A DNA stretch of 26,989 bases from Trichoplax sp. H2 (lineage: Eukaryota), in NCBI GenBank assembly GCA_003344405.1, contig NOWV01000131.1, positions 186,001 through 212,989 of the forward strand. The letters are read 5' to 3'. Positions within the stretch are counted from its first letter, which is position 1. Each line of letters opens with the position of its first letter. Under the pieces are notes generated by a model. The model was not told the DNA's origin and searched no databases. It saw only the letters and a list, made by a program, of their open reading frames with translations. A program made the translations under genes and the position numbers. Shown in pieces: positions 1 through 11,921 of the stretch.

Positions 1-1077
1 TATGCCATGTGGTAATCCGTTAAAACTATTGAAGGAAAGCGTTCCATCATCTTTAGTTATACCTGTTAAAACTTTTATCTTCTTATTAAACGAGTTATTA
101 TTCAATAAGGTAACCGGATTATCTGGCAGTAATACCATATCGACAACTGGTTTAAAGGCAAAAAAGCTCGCTTTTAAGAGTATTAATTGAGCATTGAGTA
201 ACTGTTCAGTTGATAATTCCTTAATACATGTAGAACTAAGCTGGGTGGAACTTCGACTACAATTCGTTACTTGCGCTAACAGATTAAACTGTGCTTGAAC
301 TTGCAATAGCGTATAGCTTCCAATATCTAATAGTAATGGACCACTTTGTATAATTACTGCACGATAATATGGAAAGCTACTGGGCATGATAGTATGGTAA
401 GCCACAGAGAATGCGCCAGCAGAATTACCAGCAATCGTTACTCTTTTTGGATCGCCACCAAATCGTTGAATATTTTTAGCTACCCATTTTAGAGCTAATT
501 GCTGATCCAAGAGACCATTATTAGCCGCAAATTCTCGTTGCGTTCCACTTTCACCACTTGACATAAATCCAAAAATGCCTAACCTGTAATTTAATGTTAC
601 AACAACAATATTCTCCGAAGCGGCTAGAGTTTGGCCTTGCCACCATGCCCCAGAACCTACAATTAATCGACCACCATGAATCCAGACCAGGACAGAGAGA
701 TTGCCATCAACACTAGGCTCTGGCGTAAACACATTTAAATATAGGCAGTCTTCATTAATTTGAGATGATGAATCTTGTTGATCTAGCCAAGATATAGGTG
801 TCTTTTGCGGGCAAGATGCTGAATATTGGCTAGCATTTTTAACACCAGTCCAATTCATACGCAATTCGTTTGGTGGTTGAAATCGCCTTTCATTAATAGG
901 GGGCATAGCATAAGGTATGCCCCGATATATATAAATATCTTGTCCATATAAATTTACTATTGTTCCAATAACTTGTCCACGATCGGTGTTGACAACGATA
1001 TTACTTAAAGTAAAATTCGGCCAAAATAATACCAAAAGGAATGAACAAATGAAATAATGGATAGCAAAAAGTCTCAT
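1..1077 (-). CDS. G1: type-B carboxylesterase/cholinesterase-fold protein, exon 1, 3'-partial (continues past window start)
   Basis: Hand translation from the ATG at 1077 is open for 359 codons down to position 1. It reads MRLFAIHYFICSFLLVLFWPNFTLS (signal-peptide-like), RGIPYAMPP..RFQPP, NEDCLYLNVFTP, VWIHGGRL, NYRLGIFGF, NNGLLDQQLALKWV..NIQRFGGDP..TIAGNSAG (Ser codon 421-423), IIQSG and GITKDDG. It is probably missing from the ORF track because its stop lies outside the window. Confidence 0.95.
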   Translation of the reverse strand, partial: MRLFAIHYFICSFLLVLFWPNFTLSNIVVNTDRGQVIGTIVNLYGQDIYIYRGIPYAMPPINERRFQPPNELRMNWTGVKNASQYSASCPQKTPISWLDQQDSSSQINEDCLYLNVFTPEPSVDGNLSVLVWIHGGRLIVGSGAWWQGQTLAASENIVVVTLNYRLGIFGFMSSGESGTQREFAANNGLLDQQLALKWVAKNIQRFGGDPKRVTIAGNSAGAFSVAYHTIMPSSFPYYRAVIIQSGPLLLDIGSYTLLQVQAQFNLLAQVTNCSRSSTQLSSTCIKELSTEQLLNAQLILLKASFFAFKPVVDMVLLPDNPVTLLNNNSFNKKIKVLTGITKDDGTLSFNSFNGLPHGI

Positions 1078-4000
1078 ATTGGAATCTCTAGTAGTAAGAA
1101 AGTTAAGGTTTAAAACTCAAATGATACATATAGACACTTTAAAGATTTTATTAATTAGCTAATAAGCTTTATCGAATTGTTTACCAATAAGATTCTTATT
1201 TCTACAAACAAATCCTTATAGATGATGGCGACAAGAGAGCCCTGGATTAGCTAAATGCCTAACATGATATTAACGGTTGATGCGTTAAGCTAAATGAAAT
1301 ATTACAGTCGTGAGCTACATAGACGTATTGGTAGTTGTGCAGAGTCATTAAAGTTCTTAATTTTAGCTTAATTAATTTCAGACTGGTTGATTATTCAAAA
1401 TAATGACGCAATTAATTTATGATAATGTTTGTTCATTTAAGTATTTATACGTTCTAGTGCTTAAAATTAAAACGGATGAAACGTGACATATTGGTAACTT
1501 ATTGAATCACAAAGCAACTTATGTATAATATCTACAAAACTTAACCATAGTCTAGTGTAGGAAGCTTAATTTAGGAAAATTATCTTATTGCATGAAACAT
1601 ATATTTTATTTATGCAGTAGTAACAATGTAATATTGATTTGTTGTAAGTCTAAATCTTATAGCTATGTCATTTTCTACGCCGGATTTCATTCTTAAGGCA
1701 AAATGCTCATAGTCGGTCGAAAAATACAGTTTTATCTAAAATAAATTCGTCAGAACGATGAAGCGCTCTAGCTAGAACCTACTCAGGTCTATTTTTACTC
1801 GTCTTCTTCCTTAGCTGTTTGAGGCATTCTCAGCAAGCAATTGATTATGGATCATTGATCTCACTTATCTTTATTCCTTTAATCTGAGTTTTATTTGGTA
1901 TTATTATATTAAAATTTGATCGTATAATTGCAAGCATCAATTATATGATTATTGCTACCAACGATTGATAGAATATGAGAAAATGACTTGCAAACAATCT
2001 AATCCTATGGAAATCTTAATTTTCAATTAGAAATGAAAACGATAGGGCTATACATGTCATTTTTTTTTAAATCTATCTGCATTCGTATACGCATAACTTT
2101 GGTATGTCGAGAATAATATTTCTGGGTAACTCAACCAGTTAAATTATATTTACTAGTTTGAATCACGGAAACATATACATTACCACTATTGGCTCTATCG
2201 TTATTGCAACTACATTAATCTTTTCCAGCTATACTAATTAATTATTAAGGTAGGTATCTTTAAACAAAAATAATATGGTATCAATTTAGCAAACTCGAAA
2301 ATTTTATAGTAGCAACATTAATGATTAATTAAAAACACCTCCCGATTATTATGAATTGTTCATCCTGAAAAGTTAATATGGCTATTTAAAATGTACTCTC
2401 AATAATATACTTACAATTTTGGAAAATTAGAAAACAACTGATTGCAATAATAAGAGCGATATACTGCGGCTAGATGATACTATTTTACTATTTTCTAATA
2501 GATCGGTAAAAGTTCAAAAATCACGAGATCGCTTTACTAATAATCTCAATCGTCAAGTCGTTTCACACGATTTGTTGATTCTAACTTCATTAATTTTATA
2601 ACTACTATTATTGTCTATTATCCAGCTCAATGTAAAATCAATTACAATTTATGCAGAATTTAATGAATAAAAACAATGAAGGTAGGGGTATTTTTAATTA
2701 CCGGTAATTTAATACTTATGGAATGACATCGTTGAAGATAGAATAATTATGATAAGAGACAATTAGGTTAGATGTCTAAGACTTATCGAAATAATGTAAC
2801 TAACGATGATAAATTAAAATACTAAAGGGATACTTGGCGATGTCGGCAACATGATCAGCTATTGTTCGATCGATTTATGCAAATCAAGGTGAGTAATGGA
2901 ATGTAAAGTTGAAACATAAAGGTTAGATTAATTAATAGCTCGGTCCTAAAGATAGAAGGTTCACATATATGATAAGTAAACATGTTATCATTGATATTAG
3001 CACCTACCCATACTTGACTGCATCAGACCATAGAGCAAAATTTAATAATTTGTATGTACATCTTACTATATATGTTATATATAATTACACCGTTTGATCC
3101 ATAATTACAATGTTAAGTTTATGTAAATATTAATTTCGAATGTAACCCATCCTAGTTGGATAGATAACACTATTTAAAACAATATACCGGTAGAAGCAGA
3201 GAAGTAGATTTTAGCATTATTACATTTTATCGCGTAGATTAAAATAAATTTTCTAGTTACATATAATTAATTATTTGGATAATTAATATTAATATTAACT
3301 TCATAATTAGTGATACATAAAACGTCAAATATTTTGCTTTTCTTAAAAGATCAGCAGAATAATATAAAGCAAAATGAGTTACAAAACTAGAATTTAGAAA
3401 ATTTTCTAAGCATTCTAACATACTGTACCGGCGGATTAAGTGATCTATAAGGATTATATCATCCTGTTGATAAATTGTTGTATTGCGAATTAGGAATATT
3501 ATTACACGAGAATGCAATGATATTTGAAGATTCCACATCCTTAATTAACCATATATGCCCTAACTTTTCTCGCCAGCTATCAGTTACCTGCACATAAGCT
3601 TATCAAGTGTTACATGTAATGACAAATACTAAAATAATAATAGGAAACTTTTAGCGATGTCCCGCTATTTATGCTGTTTGGGTCATCCAGTCCTTAATGT
3701 AGACTGCAACTAAAGAGGATATCAATATCAAATTTATTTAGACTACTGATAGAGATAGTGCAATTAAATTAATCAGTTCGAGTTAACTAATCAGCCTAGA
3801 TTAAGGCATTAATCATAAATATTATTGTGCTATATTAATCTTCTTAAGTTATATAAACTTTACTCATTAATTCTTTCTTCATTCTGTGCTATCATCATTT
3901 TTTAATATTTTTGAGTAGGCAATATTATAATAATTGCTATAATTCTAGTACTATAGCAAGAAATTAATAGAATAAATTTCATTACTTAAGATTATTTTCG

Positions 4001-5648
4001 TTAAGACTTAAATTACTGAGAATATATCGACTGCGAGATTACTGTTATATTTTTACGCTAGTAAATGTAGAGTTTACTAATTTTTTGCGTCATTTACTTG
4101 AAATAAATAAGCAAAACTGAGATTTGCATTAAAACCATTATCTCTAATAAAAATTTTTAGTGTTTATCTAACAAGGATATATTCTGTAATGAATTAAAAG
4201 CTGGCTAACAGTAAATTATCATGGTAGCTATTATTTAGTTTACCAATAAAGTATTGATATGCAGGATAAATACAAATATTAAGTATAATTATGACCGGAT
4301 CTTCCGTGGAGTTTTAATTTGCGTAATGTCAATTGGTAATAATAAATCAAACATCAATTATTGCACACTCAATGGTAAATTAATTCGTTTCTGTTATTAG
4401 TCGCTATAAAGCTAATCATCTCAATCATTGCTTTGAATTTAAACCACAAAATATTTCTGATTTCTCTTGAATCAACTGTCCTGCTGGCCCTGAATTGATG
4501 GATGCATATAATTCTGATGAAAAGGCCAGAGAATAAGCTGCTTTCATTTTTAATATCAAATTTTAAAGGAAACAATTAAGTTACAGCGATAAAACGTATT
4601 AAACTATCTATTTATCTCCTGTTATTCAATAATATCATAATTTTATGTATCGCAGATTTGGCTAGTAGGACATTAAAAGCTGATTAATTCTTAATTAAAC
4701 AGGATGAGGGTGACTCCTCTTGGAATTATTTATTAGTTATATAACGAGAAGTCAATAGATTGCGCAGGTAGTTTATATGATTCTCTTTTAGCTAATTGAT
4801 CATGCACGCATTACATATTCCGAGATTATAAATTTGTCATAAATATCAATTTTGGCCTTTAATTAAGTTTAATGTCATGGTAGTTGGAAATACACGTTGA
4901 TGAAATATCTTAATTAGCTACAGCACAAATGAAAATATCACATTTGAGTGGCATGGATCTGCGCTACCATTCAGTAATGCTTCTAGTAGAGAAAAGAATT
5001 CAAGAAATAGTACATAGATCGGATTATTGCCAATGATATGTTAACGACTGTTGATACCGTATAGAGCTTATAGCTATAAGTACGCGCTGAGTTCTATTAT
5101 AGAATAATCAAAATTATTAAAATGCAGTTTCCTCGTATCATAATATTGAAGCACTATAGCAGTCATTACGGAAGGATTTAAACTAATAACGAGATCATTA
5201 ATAAATCACTCATTCAATTTGCACCACAACATCATAGGACTTCAATGCCCAGATAATTTTCGGTATATAGGTTTATCGATGTCATTAACCTAGCATTGTC
5301 CATTCTATAATTGCACTTTTTTTCATACCTACAGATCTACTTTTAGCCGCCTAAACTACTGTTATACTGTAGAATTGGTCTAAGGTATATTTATTGTTAA
5401 AAAAATACAATGTTTTGTATCATATCGAATATCATGGAATATAGATCTCCGTTCATCTCTGTGAAACTGCTTTATAAACGGTGCGGTTTCAATTTCATTG
5501 CACAATATATAAATCTAAATTTGTAATGAGAAAAAAATTGAACTATTCCAAATACTAACACTACTTCAGGTTTGTTCTTCCCGACATTTACCAACCTACA
5601 CTACGACAACACCAACAGTCTCTCTTTTAGACAAAGCTGAACCCAAAC

Positions 5649-5654
5649 TTTATT
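5649..5654 (-). promoter_or_regulatory. Candidate polyadenylation signal for the RDH-like gene
   Basis: AATAAA on the minus strand about 220 nt past the stop. Confidence 0.35.
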
Positions 5655-5874
5655 AAAAGTCAGTCAGTTTATAGTAAATCGATATAAACATAAATTATCA
5701 GTATTAAAACTTGTAAAACGTGATAGATAAAAAATTAATATTAATAATTATAATTACTAATGCATTGCTAGATAAGACTAGGTATTTTATCTTATGGAAA
5801 CTTCTGGTATGATTCGATAGCTATGTAAAAGTTACTCCTTAATACCATTATTTATGAGAGTTATATAAAATTTT

Positions 5875-6846
5875 TCATTTTAAACCTGTTAACTCTTCAC
5901 TGATATCCCAGAGTTTGTTCCCTGCTTCCTCATCGAGAGCGTGATCTTGTAATTTTTTAATCTGACAGTCTACAAAGTACTGTCCAGTAATTCTTTCAAC
6001 TTCCTCTGAAACAGCAAGGTGTATCGTCGTTTGGGCACCTTCATGACTTGATTTGAAAAATATAAATGCAATGGGATAAATGACCAGCCTGGCCCAAAAG
6101 TACTTTAAAATATTTACACCTCGCCATATTTCAGTTCTAACAGCTCCAGGATGTAAAGCGTTTACCGTAACATGGGTGTCCTTTAATTTTTTGGCCAGTG
6201 AACGTGTAAATAATATATTAGCTAATTTGCTTTGAGAATAGACATTAAAATTGTTAAAATTTTTCTCGTTTTGGATATCATCAAAATTGATTGATTTTAC
6301 AAAAGCATAGACCGAAGAGGCAACATTAACAATCCTACTTGAAGCGCTTTCCTTAATTTTAGGGAGTAAAAGGTTGGTGAGTAGGAAATGACCAAAATGG
6401 TTGACACCCATGATCATTTCCAGCCCATCCTCAGTCAATTTTCTATCGCAAGCTAGTCCAGCGTTATTAACCAATATATCAACGCTTTTTTCATTGGTTA
6501 TAATCTCCTGAGTAAACTTGCGAATGGATTTAAATGAGGCTAGATTAAGATGCATGTAGATAACGTTGTTGTTACCAGTAGCGCGGCGAATATCTTCCAT
6601 GGCAGCTTCACCTCGGGATTGATCTCTGCAGGCTAAAATAACGCGACCACCACGTCGAGCAAAATCTTGAGCAGCTTCTCTCCCAATACCACAATTGGCA
6701 CCAGTGACAATGACAACTTTGCCTTCCAGGCTGGCTCGGCTACGACATACTCCACCAGCGTAATACCTTTTAACGACATATAAACCCGTAGCAAGTGATA
6801 CTGCAACGGCAGTCCAAATTTGATGGCCAGACAACGATATCTCCAT
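5875..6846 (-). CDS. Retinol dehydrogenase-like classical SDR (RDH11/12/13/14 group), 323 aa, intronless CDS
   Basis: N-terminal hydrophobic anchor, TGANCGIG Rossmann motif, ILACR (basic residue typical of NADP(H) preference), NNAG, VNHFGHFLLTNLLL, NVAS, catalytic YSQSK, HPGAVRT, and C-terminal EGAQTTIHLA..GQYF.DC..LWDISEEL typical of this group. The exact paralogue cannot be assigned by eye. Confidence 0.95.
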   Translation of the reverse strand: MEISLSGHQIWTAVAVSLATGLYVVKRYYAGGVCRSRASLEGKVVIVTGANCGIGREAAQDFARRGGRVILACRDQSRGEAAMEDIRRATGNNNVIYMHLNLASFKSIRKFTQEIITNEKSVDILVNNAGLACDRKLTEDGLEMIMGVNHFGHFLLTNLLLPKIKESASSRIVNVASSVYAFVKSINFDDIQNEKNFNNFNVYSQSKLANILFTRSLAKKLKDTHVTVNALHPGAVRTEIWRGVNILKYFWARLVIYPIAFIFFKSSHEGAQTTIHLAVSEEVERITGQYFVDCQIKKLQDHALDEEAGNKLWDISEELTGLK

Positions 6847-7593
6847 GATGACTACGTTAACAATTATGATACACAGTTTCTGCTGACGTTCAGTGATTAT
6901 ATAATTAATTGCTTATTGAAAGCCAGTAAGTTGTGTGCAAGCCAGGACGATGTCAACTCAATAAAATGATGATTGTTCCACAATGACTGCAGATACATAT
7001 AGACAAGACTACACCTGAGTAATAGTTAGTTCATTACCGAATGGATTGTGTTCTAATTTAATAGTATTGAGAATAAACCTTGAATAAAATGTGATGTAAA
7101 AGTTGAGGATGGAAAGCAAGACGTCGATTTCGTTGCCAAAGGCTTTTGCTTTACCAGACACCTTCGCCAATTGAAGATAGGAAAAGGTGTCGAGGATAGC
7201 TACTAATACCGAGTTTCCAGTAGTCTCGATAGAAGCGTGATTGTCACTTTCTGCCTAGTAGCTATAGCTGGTATCATAGGGACAGCAGAATGAAAGATGA
7301 CCATTATACTGTACACTGTAAACTACAATACATACTACTGTACTCTACAACTGGTTGATAGCTGTCGACAGTTGTTTCGCTCAAGCGTAGTGTAGCCGTT
7401 ACAGTACTGTATACTGTACACGACTATAGTGTAGCCATTATAAGGGCTATACAGTACGATGACTTCACTGAACAACTACACTATGACGATTATACTGTAT
7501 GCGGTGTGTACAGTACAACCGGTTGAAAGCTTTTGACAATTATTCAGCTCTGTCATAGTGCAGCCATTACAAGGGCTTCACCATGACTATAGT

Positions 7594-8547
7594 GAACAAC
7601 TATAATTTAGGTCTTTGAATTTGATGCTAAAATTTCACAAATACAGATTACTACAACTTGGAGTCATTGGCACTTGATATTTTTAAACATTTTTACTGCA
7701 TTATTGAGTTACTTTATTTCTTTTAAGCCCTTGTAATCATAAGAGCTACACCAATGGGCTGAACTGAACAACTAGAATTAGGTCTATGAATTGGAAGGCA
7801 TTGACTTTGAATGGAGCTAAAATTTCACAAATACAGATTACTACAACTTTGAGTCATTGGCTCTTTTAAGCCCTTATAAGGGCTTAAATATGACTGAACC
7901 GATCAACTAGAATTAGGTCTATGAATTGGAAGGCATTGACTTTGAATGGAGCTAAAACTTGACAAATACAGATTACTACAACTTTGAGTCATTGGCTCTT
8001 TTAAGCCCTTATAATCATAAGGGCTTAAATATGACTGAACTAATCGACTAGAATTAGGTCTATGAATTGGAAGGCATTGACTTTGAATAAAGCTAAAATT
8101 TGACAAATACAGATTACTACAACTTTGAGTCATTGGCTCTTTTAAGCCCTTATAATCATAAGGGCTTAAATATGACTGAACTAATCGACTAGAATTAGGT
8201 CTATGAATTGGAAGGCATTGATTTTAAATAAAGCTAAAATTTGACAAATACAGATTACTACAACTTTGAGTCATTGGCTCTTTTAAGCCCTTATAATCGT
8301 AAGGGCTTAAATATGACTGAACCGATCACCTAGAATTAGGTCTATGAATTGGAAGGCATTGACTTTGAATGGAGCTAAAATTTCACAAATACAGATTACT
8401 ACAACTTTGAGTCATTGGCTCTTTTAAGCCCTTATAATCATAAGGGCTTAAATATGACTGAACTAATCGACTAGAATTAGGTCTATGAATTGGAAGGCAT
8501 TGACTTTGAATGGAGCTAAAACTTGACAAATACAGATTACTACAACT
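7594..8547. repeat. 141-bp tandem satellite (about 5.5 near-identical units plus a degenerate leading unit)
   Basis: The anchor CTAGAATTAGGTCTATGAATTGGAAGGCATTG recurs at 7772, 7907, 8048, 8189, 8330 and 8471 (spacing 135, 141, 141, 141, 141). A degenerate copy starts near 7594. Confidence 0.95.
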
Positions 8548-9608
8548 AGTTGACTCAATTCCTAGACACGACACAGACAAGCATTTGGATAACATACCAT
8601 GTTGATAATTTGTAATCTATGATTATAATTATTAGAACTTAGAACTTCTCTATCATAATTATAATTATCAGACATGACATTACGCTACGGTTCGGACTTA
8701 GTGTACTAGTGTAACGCTACACATATTTTAATGATTGTGCGCGACAAGAAAAGCACATCACCATGGCTAGACAAGGCATAATTTTATTCCAGCAATTCGT
8801 TCCATATCAGTGACGACAGTGCCAGTCTGTCCATTTAATTTAAAAGATAGCATTTCTTCTGAAATTAATCAACAAGACCAGATAGAAAACGCCTATACAT
8901 TTATTCTGTCACTTATAACGAATCCTTATTTAAGTTTATGCCTTATCATAAGTAAGTAAGATAATGCAGAGATTTTATTGAGATACTGCATGACCGGCAT
9001 ACGAATATGAAGATACGTTAAAAGATAGCCTCATACTACTGCACAATGTACATGCATTCTCTCGCTTATATCAAATCGCTATGGAAGCCTATGCCTTACC
9101 GTAAGTAGGTAATGCGCGATACGCATTCGAATACAAAGATGTGAAATACGTTAAAAGCCTAGCATAGTACATGTGAATACAAACGAAAATTGTGAAATGC
9201 CAACATTATCTTTAGGTATTGAGCTATGGAGGACTAGTTGTCATATATCTGAATCTTAGCCTTGATTAATGTTAGTACACGAAAATACACAACACTAGTT
9301 ATTCAATTAGCAATGCAATTCATACAGTTTACTACCGAAATAACGCTTGACAAGGATACGGTATCGTATCTGTTGCAAATCTTATTTCTAGGTAGTATTC
9401 CAATTCATTGCAAGTGTACACATTGTTCTGGCAAATTACCATAATAACTAACTAAAATCCTGCAATCTTACTTACTTAGGACTACATTAACATTAAAAAT
9501 ACTCGCATATACTATAAGTTAAGTTATAAACTTAAATTACTGTCCTCAGTCTTTTCCCTAGATAGAGTTACAGAGTTGGCTAAAATTGAAATATCTATAA
9601 TATATCGA

Positions 9609-9951
9609 TTAATTTTTATGGCTACCACCACCCCGACAATACGTAAAACACAAAATAAAGATAAGGAGAAGCAGAGCAGCACTAACACCAATCATAACAA
9701 ATGCTACAACTCTAAAGGTAGATTCTTGAACTACAGTTCCATTTGTAGTGAACATCATCGTTGGCTGAAATGTAACTGAAGTGGTGATGTCGAAAGGGGG
9801 TCCAAATTGAGGTGTCATATATTGATTGAAAAAGGCGATCTTATTACGTTTATAATTCGTAACAGCTTTCATTGATTGAAGACTAATATTTAAGCAATTG
9901 GGATTGCTAGAATTATACTGAGGCCAAGTCACTTTCGATGTAGAAGGATCT
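9609..9951 (-). CDS. G2 exon 2: end of esterase domain, Thr-rich stalk, transmembrane helix, short tail
   Basis: Acceptor tattgtcAG|A GAT CCT restores G|DPSTSKVTWPQY in frame after a phase-2 intron (9952-10467, 516 bp). TM segment VVAFVMIGVSAALLLLIFILCF; protein ends RGGGSHKN*. Confidence 0.9.
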
Positions 9952-10467
9952 CTGACAATAGAGTAATTATAAGAATATGTTATAGAAACAGTTTATTGTA
10001 CATCTTTTAAATTCAGTACTCTACACGTAATTTATTCGACAGATTCTAAGTAGGCTATATTGTAAGAGGGCAGTATTATAAGGAAAGAGGGAAGCAGTAA
10101 TTCTGTATTATGGTGTAAATAAAATGCTAGCAACATATCCTTTTATCAAATATTCTATTTATGTATACAAGATAGTGGTGGACTACCTTTGGAGACTGCC
10201 TTTTATTAAACTGACCGTTGTAGATTTAGGCTGTATCTACGGCATGATCTTGTTTTGGTAGTGTACTTTATTTTGTCGTTGACATTTACTATTATTACTT
10301 TAAACCTTAAATTATAATTTACTTTTATTTATTTTATGTCTACCTTATTGTATACTCTTTTAACGCATAAATACAGCTTGATCTTGTTGCATACTGTAGC
10401 ATTATTCGCATCTAGTCATAATTAGAGTGGGAGTGTTGAAAGTTTCAGACCATTAAAGAAAACTTAC

Positions 10468-11921
10468 CCTGTATGAATAAAATTTCCCCACATCTTCATG
10501 GAATCTCTACTTAGTTGCGCTTCAGCAGTAGTAAAATTAGTTAGATAATAAGCAGGTTTTTGGACTGGGTAGCCGTAAAAATATGGTACATCCATACTAT
10601 GAGTTACACCCATATAAGCTGGCAAATATATATCTTGCTGTGTATGATAAGTCCAAACATAATTATATGTTGGGGCATGTTTAGAATATTTTTGGGCCAT
10701 GAAATCAGAAGTTGAAAGAAATAGAGCATCATTGGATAGTTCGCCTAACTTCATTCTATTAACGGTTGGCGAGTCGATATTAGTATAATCAGTATATCTA
10801 TTAATAACGGAAGCTCTAGCCGATGGAGGATATTCCCTAAACCAATTACTGACATAACCCAAGAATACTTGTCTAGTGACTAATGGAGGAATAAAAGAGT
10901 AACCGTCTTGTAAAGTTGTTCCGATCAAAAGTCGGCCTTTAAAAAAGCGACCATCCTGGAGTAATTTCCTAGGATTTTCATTAAGAAATCGACCATCGAT
11001 GACAAGACCAAAATTTGCAGGATTTTCTCTCAACAACGCAAATTGAATTTGTAACAGTATTGTAGAATTGTACTTATTGATGCATTGATAAATTGCACGG
11101 AGGTTGGAAGTATTACATTGACCTACTTGGCCAATTCTTAGAAAAGTAGCTCGTGCTTCTGCAACGGATCTACCGTCAAGGATAGTTCCGCTTTCCATGA
11201 TTGCATAGCGATATAATCCACTACTACTAGGCGCTACTAGATGTATTCCAACAGCGAATGAACCAGCAGAGAAACCAGCTAAAGTTACAGCATCCTTATT
11301 ACCGCCAAATTGCTCGATATTATTTTGTACCCATGCCATTGCTAGTTGCTGATCTAAAAAGCCAAGGTTGGCTTGGATAGAACGGCTATTTGCATTGGCT
11401 TCTCCTGAAGTCGTGAAACCGAATATACCCAATCTGTAATTCATGGTAACTACAACAATATCTTCCATTACTGCTAATGTTTGCGGCTGCCAATTAGCAC
11501 CACTTCCACCTATGTAGCCACCACCATGAATCCAAACCATGACGGATTTATTGCCAGCTATACTTGGCGCAGTAGTAAAGACATTTAAGTATAAGCAGTT
11601 TTCATTAATGATACTTTCTGGAGCTGTAAGTGGCGATCTGAAGACTGGAACAAATTGAATACATGAACTGCTATACTTTGTGGCATTTAATACACCGGGC
11701 CATGAGGAATTTAACGGCCGAGATGGCTTAAAACGATTCACACCGATGGGAGGTTCAGCAAAAGGAATTCCCAAATATTTATGTAAAGTTGTTTGACCAA
11801 CCAGTTCCGTTGTGCCCCTAACAAGTCCTTTATCGGTGTTAACGATTATTTGACCGATTGAATTCGATGTTAAAATTCCCAAAATAATAAAAATGGAGGC
11901 ATGAAAACAGTAGTAAGCCAT
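10468..11921 (-). CDS. G2 exon 1: carboxylesterase/cholinesterase-fold catalytic domain (spliced protein 598 aa)
   Basis: Signal peptide, LGIPFAEPP, NENCLYLNV, WIHGGGY, GFSAG (Ser 11268-11270), MESG, GTTLQDG (Asp 10905-10907), GVTHSMD (His). The exon ends WGNFIHT-GG|GTAAGT, so the ORF-track stop lies inside the splice donor. Confidence 0.95.

Noticed and set aside
2-190. Small ORFs overlapping esterase genes (2-190, 9576-9779, 14681-14908, 15426-15611)
   Set aside because: They are antisense or alternative-frame shadows of real coding exons.
2828-2895. Exon-like ISYCSIDLCKS followed by GTGAGT, resembling the Ly6/three-finger CCxxDLCN motif
   Set aside because: Two key residues mismatch, the acceptor is poor and no other Cys-rich exons were found.
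7772-8547. CRISPR-like array (regular palindromic repeats)
   Set aside because: The sequence between hairpins is near-identical from unit to unit, so there are no unique spacers. There are no cas genes and the context is eukaryotic. The same applies to 24101-24690.
7903-8595. ORFs 7903-8133 and 8383-8595 with 47-aa repeats
   Set aside because: They are by-products of a 141-bp unit divisible by three; unit variants introduce stops (TGA) and no domain is recognisable.
10464-10466. ORF-track stops at 10464, 15298 and 20633 as true gene ends
   Set aside because: Each TAA is part of a GTAAG splice donor, and the frame continues in a downstream exon.
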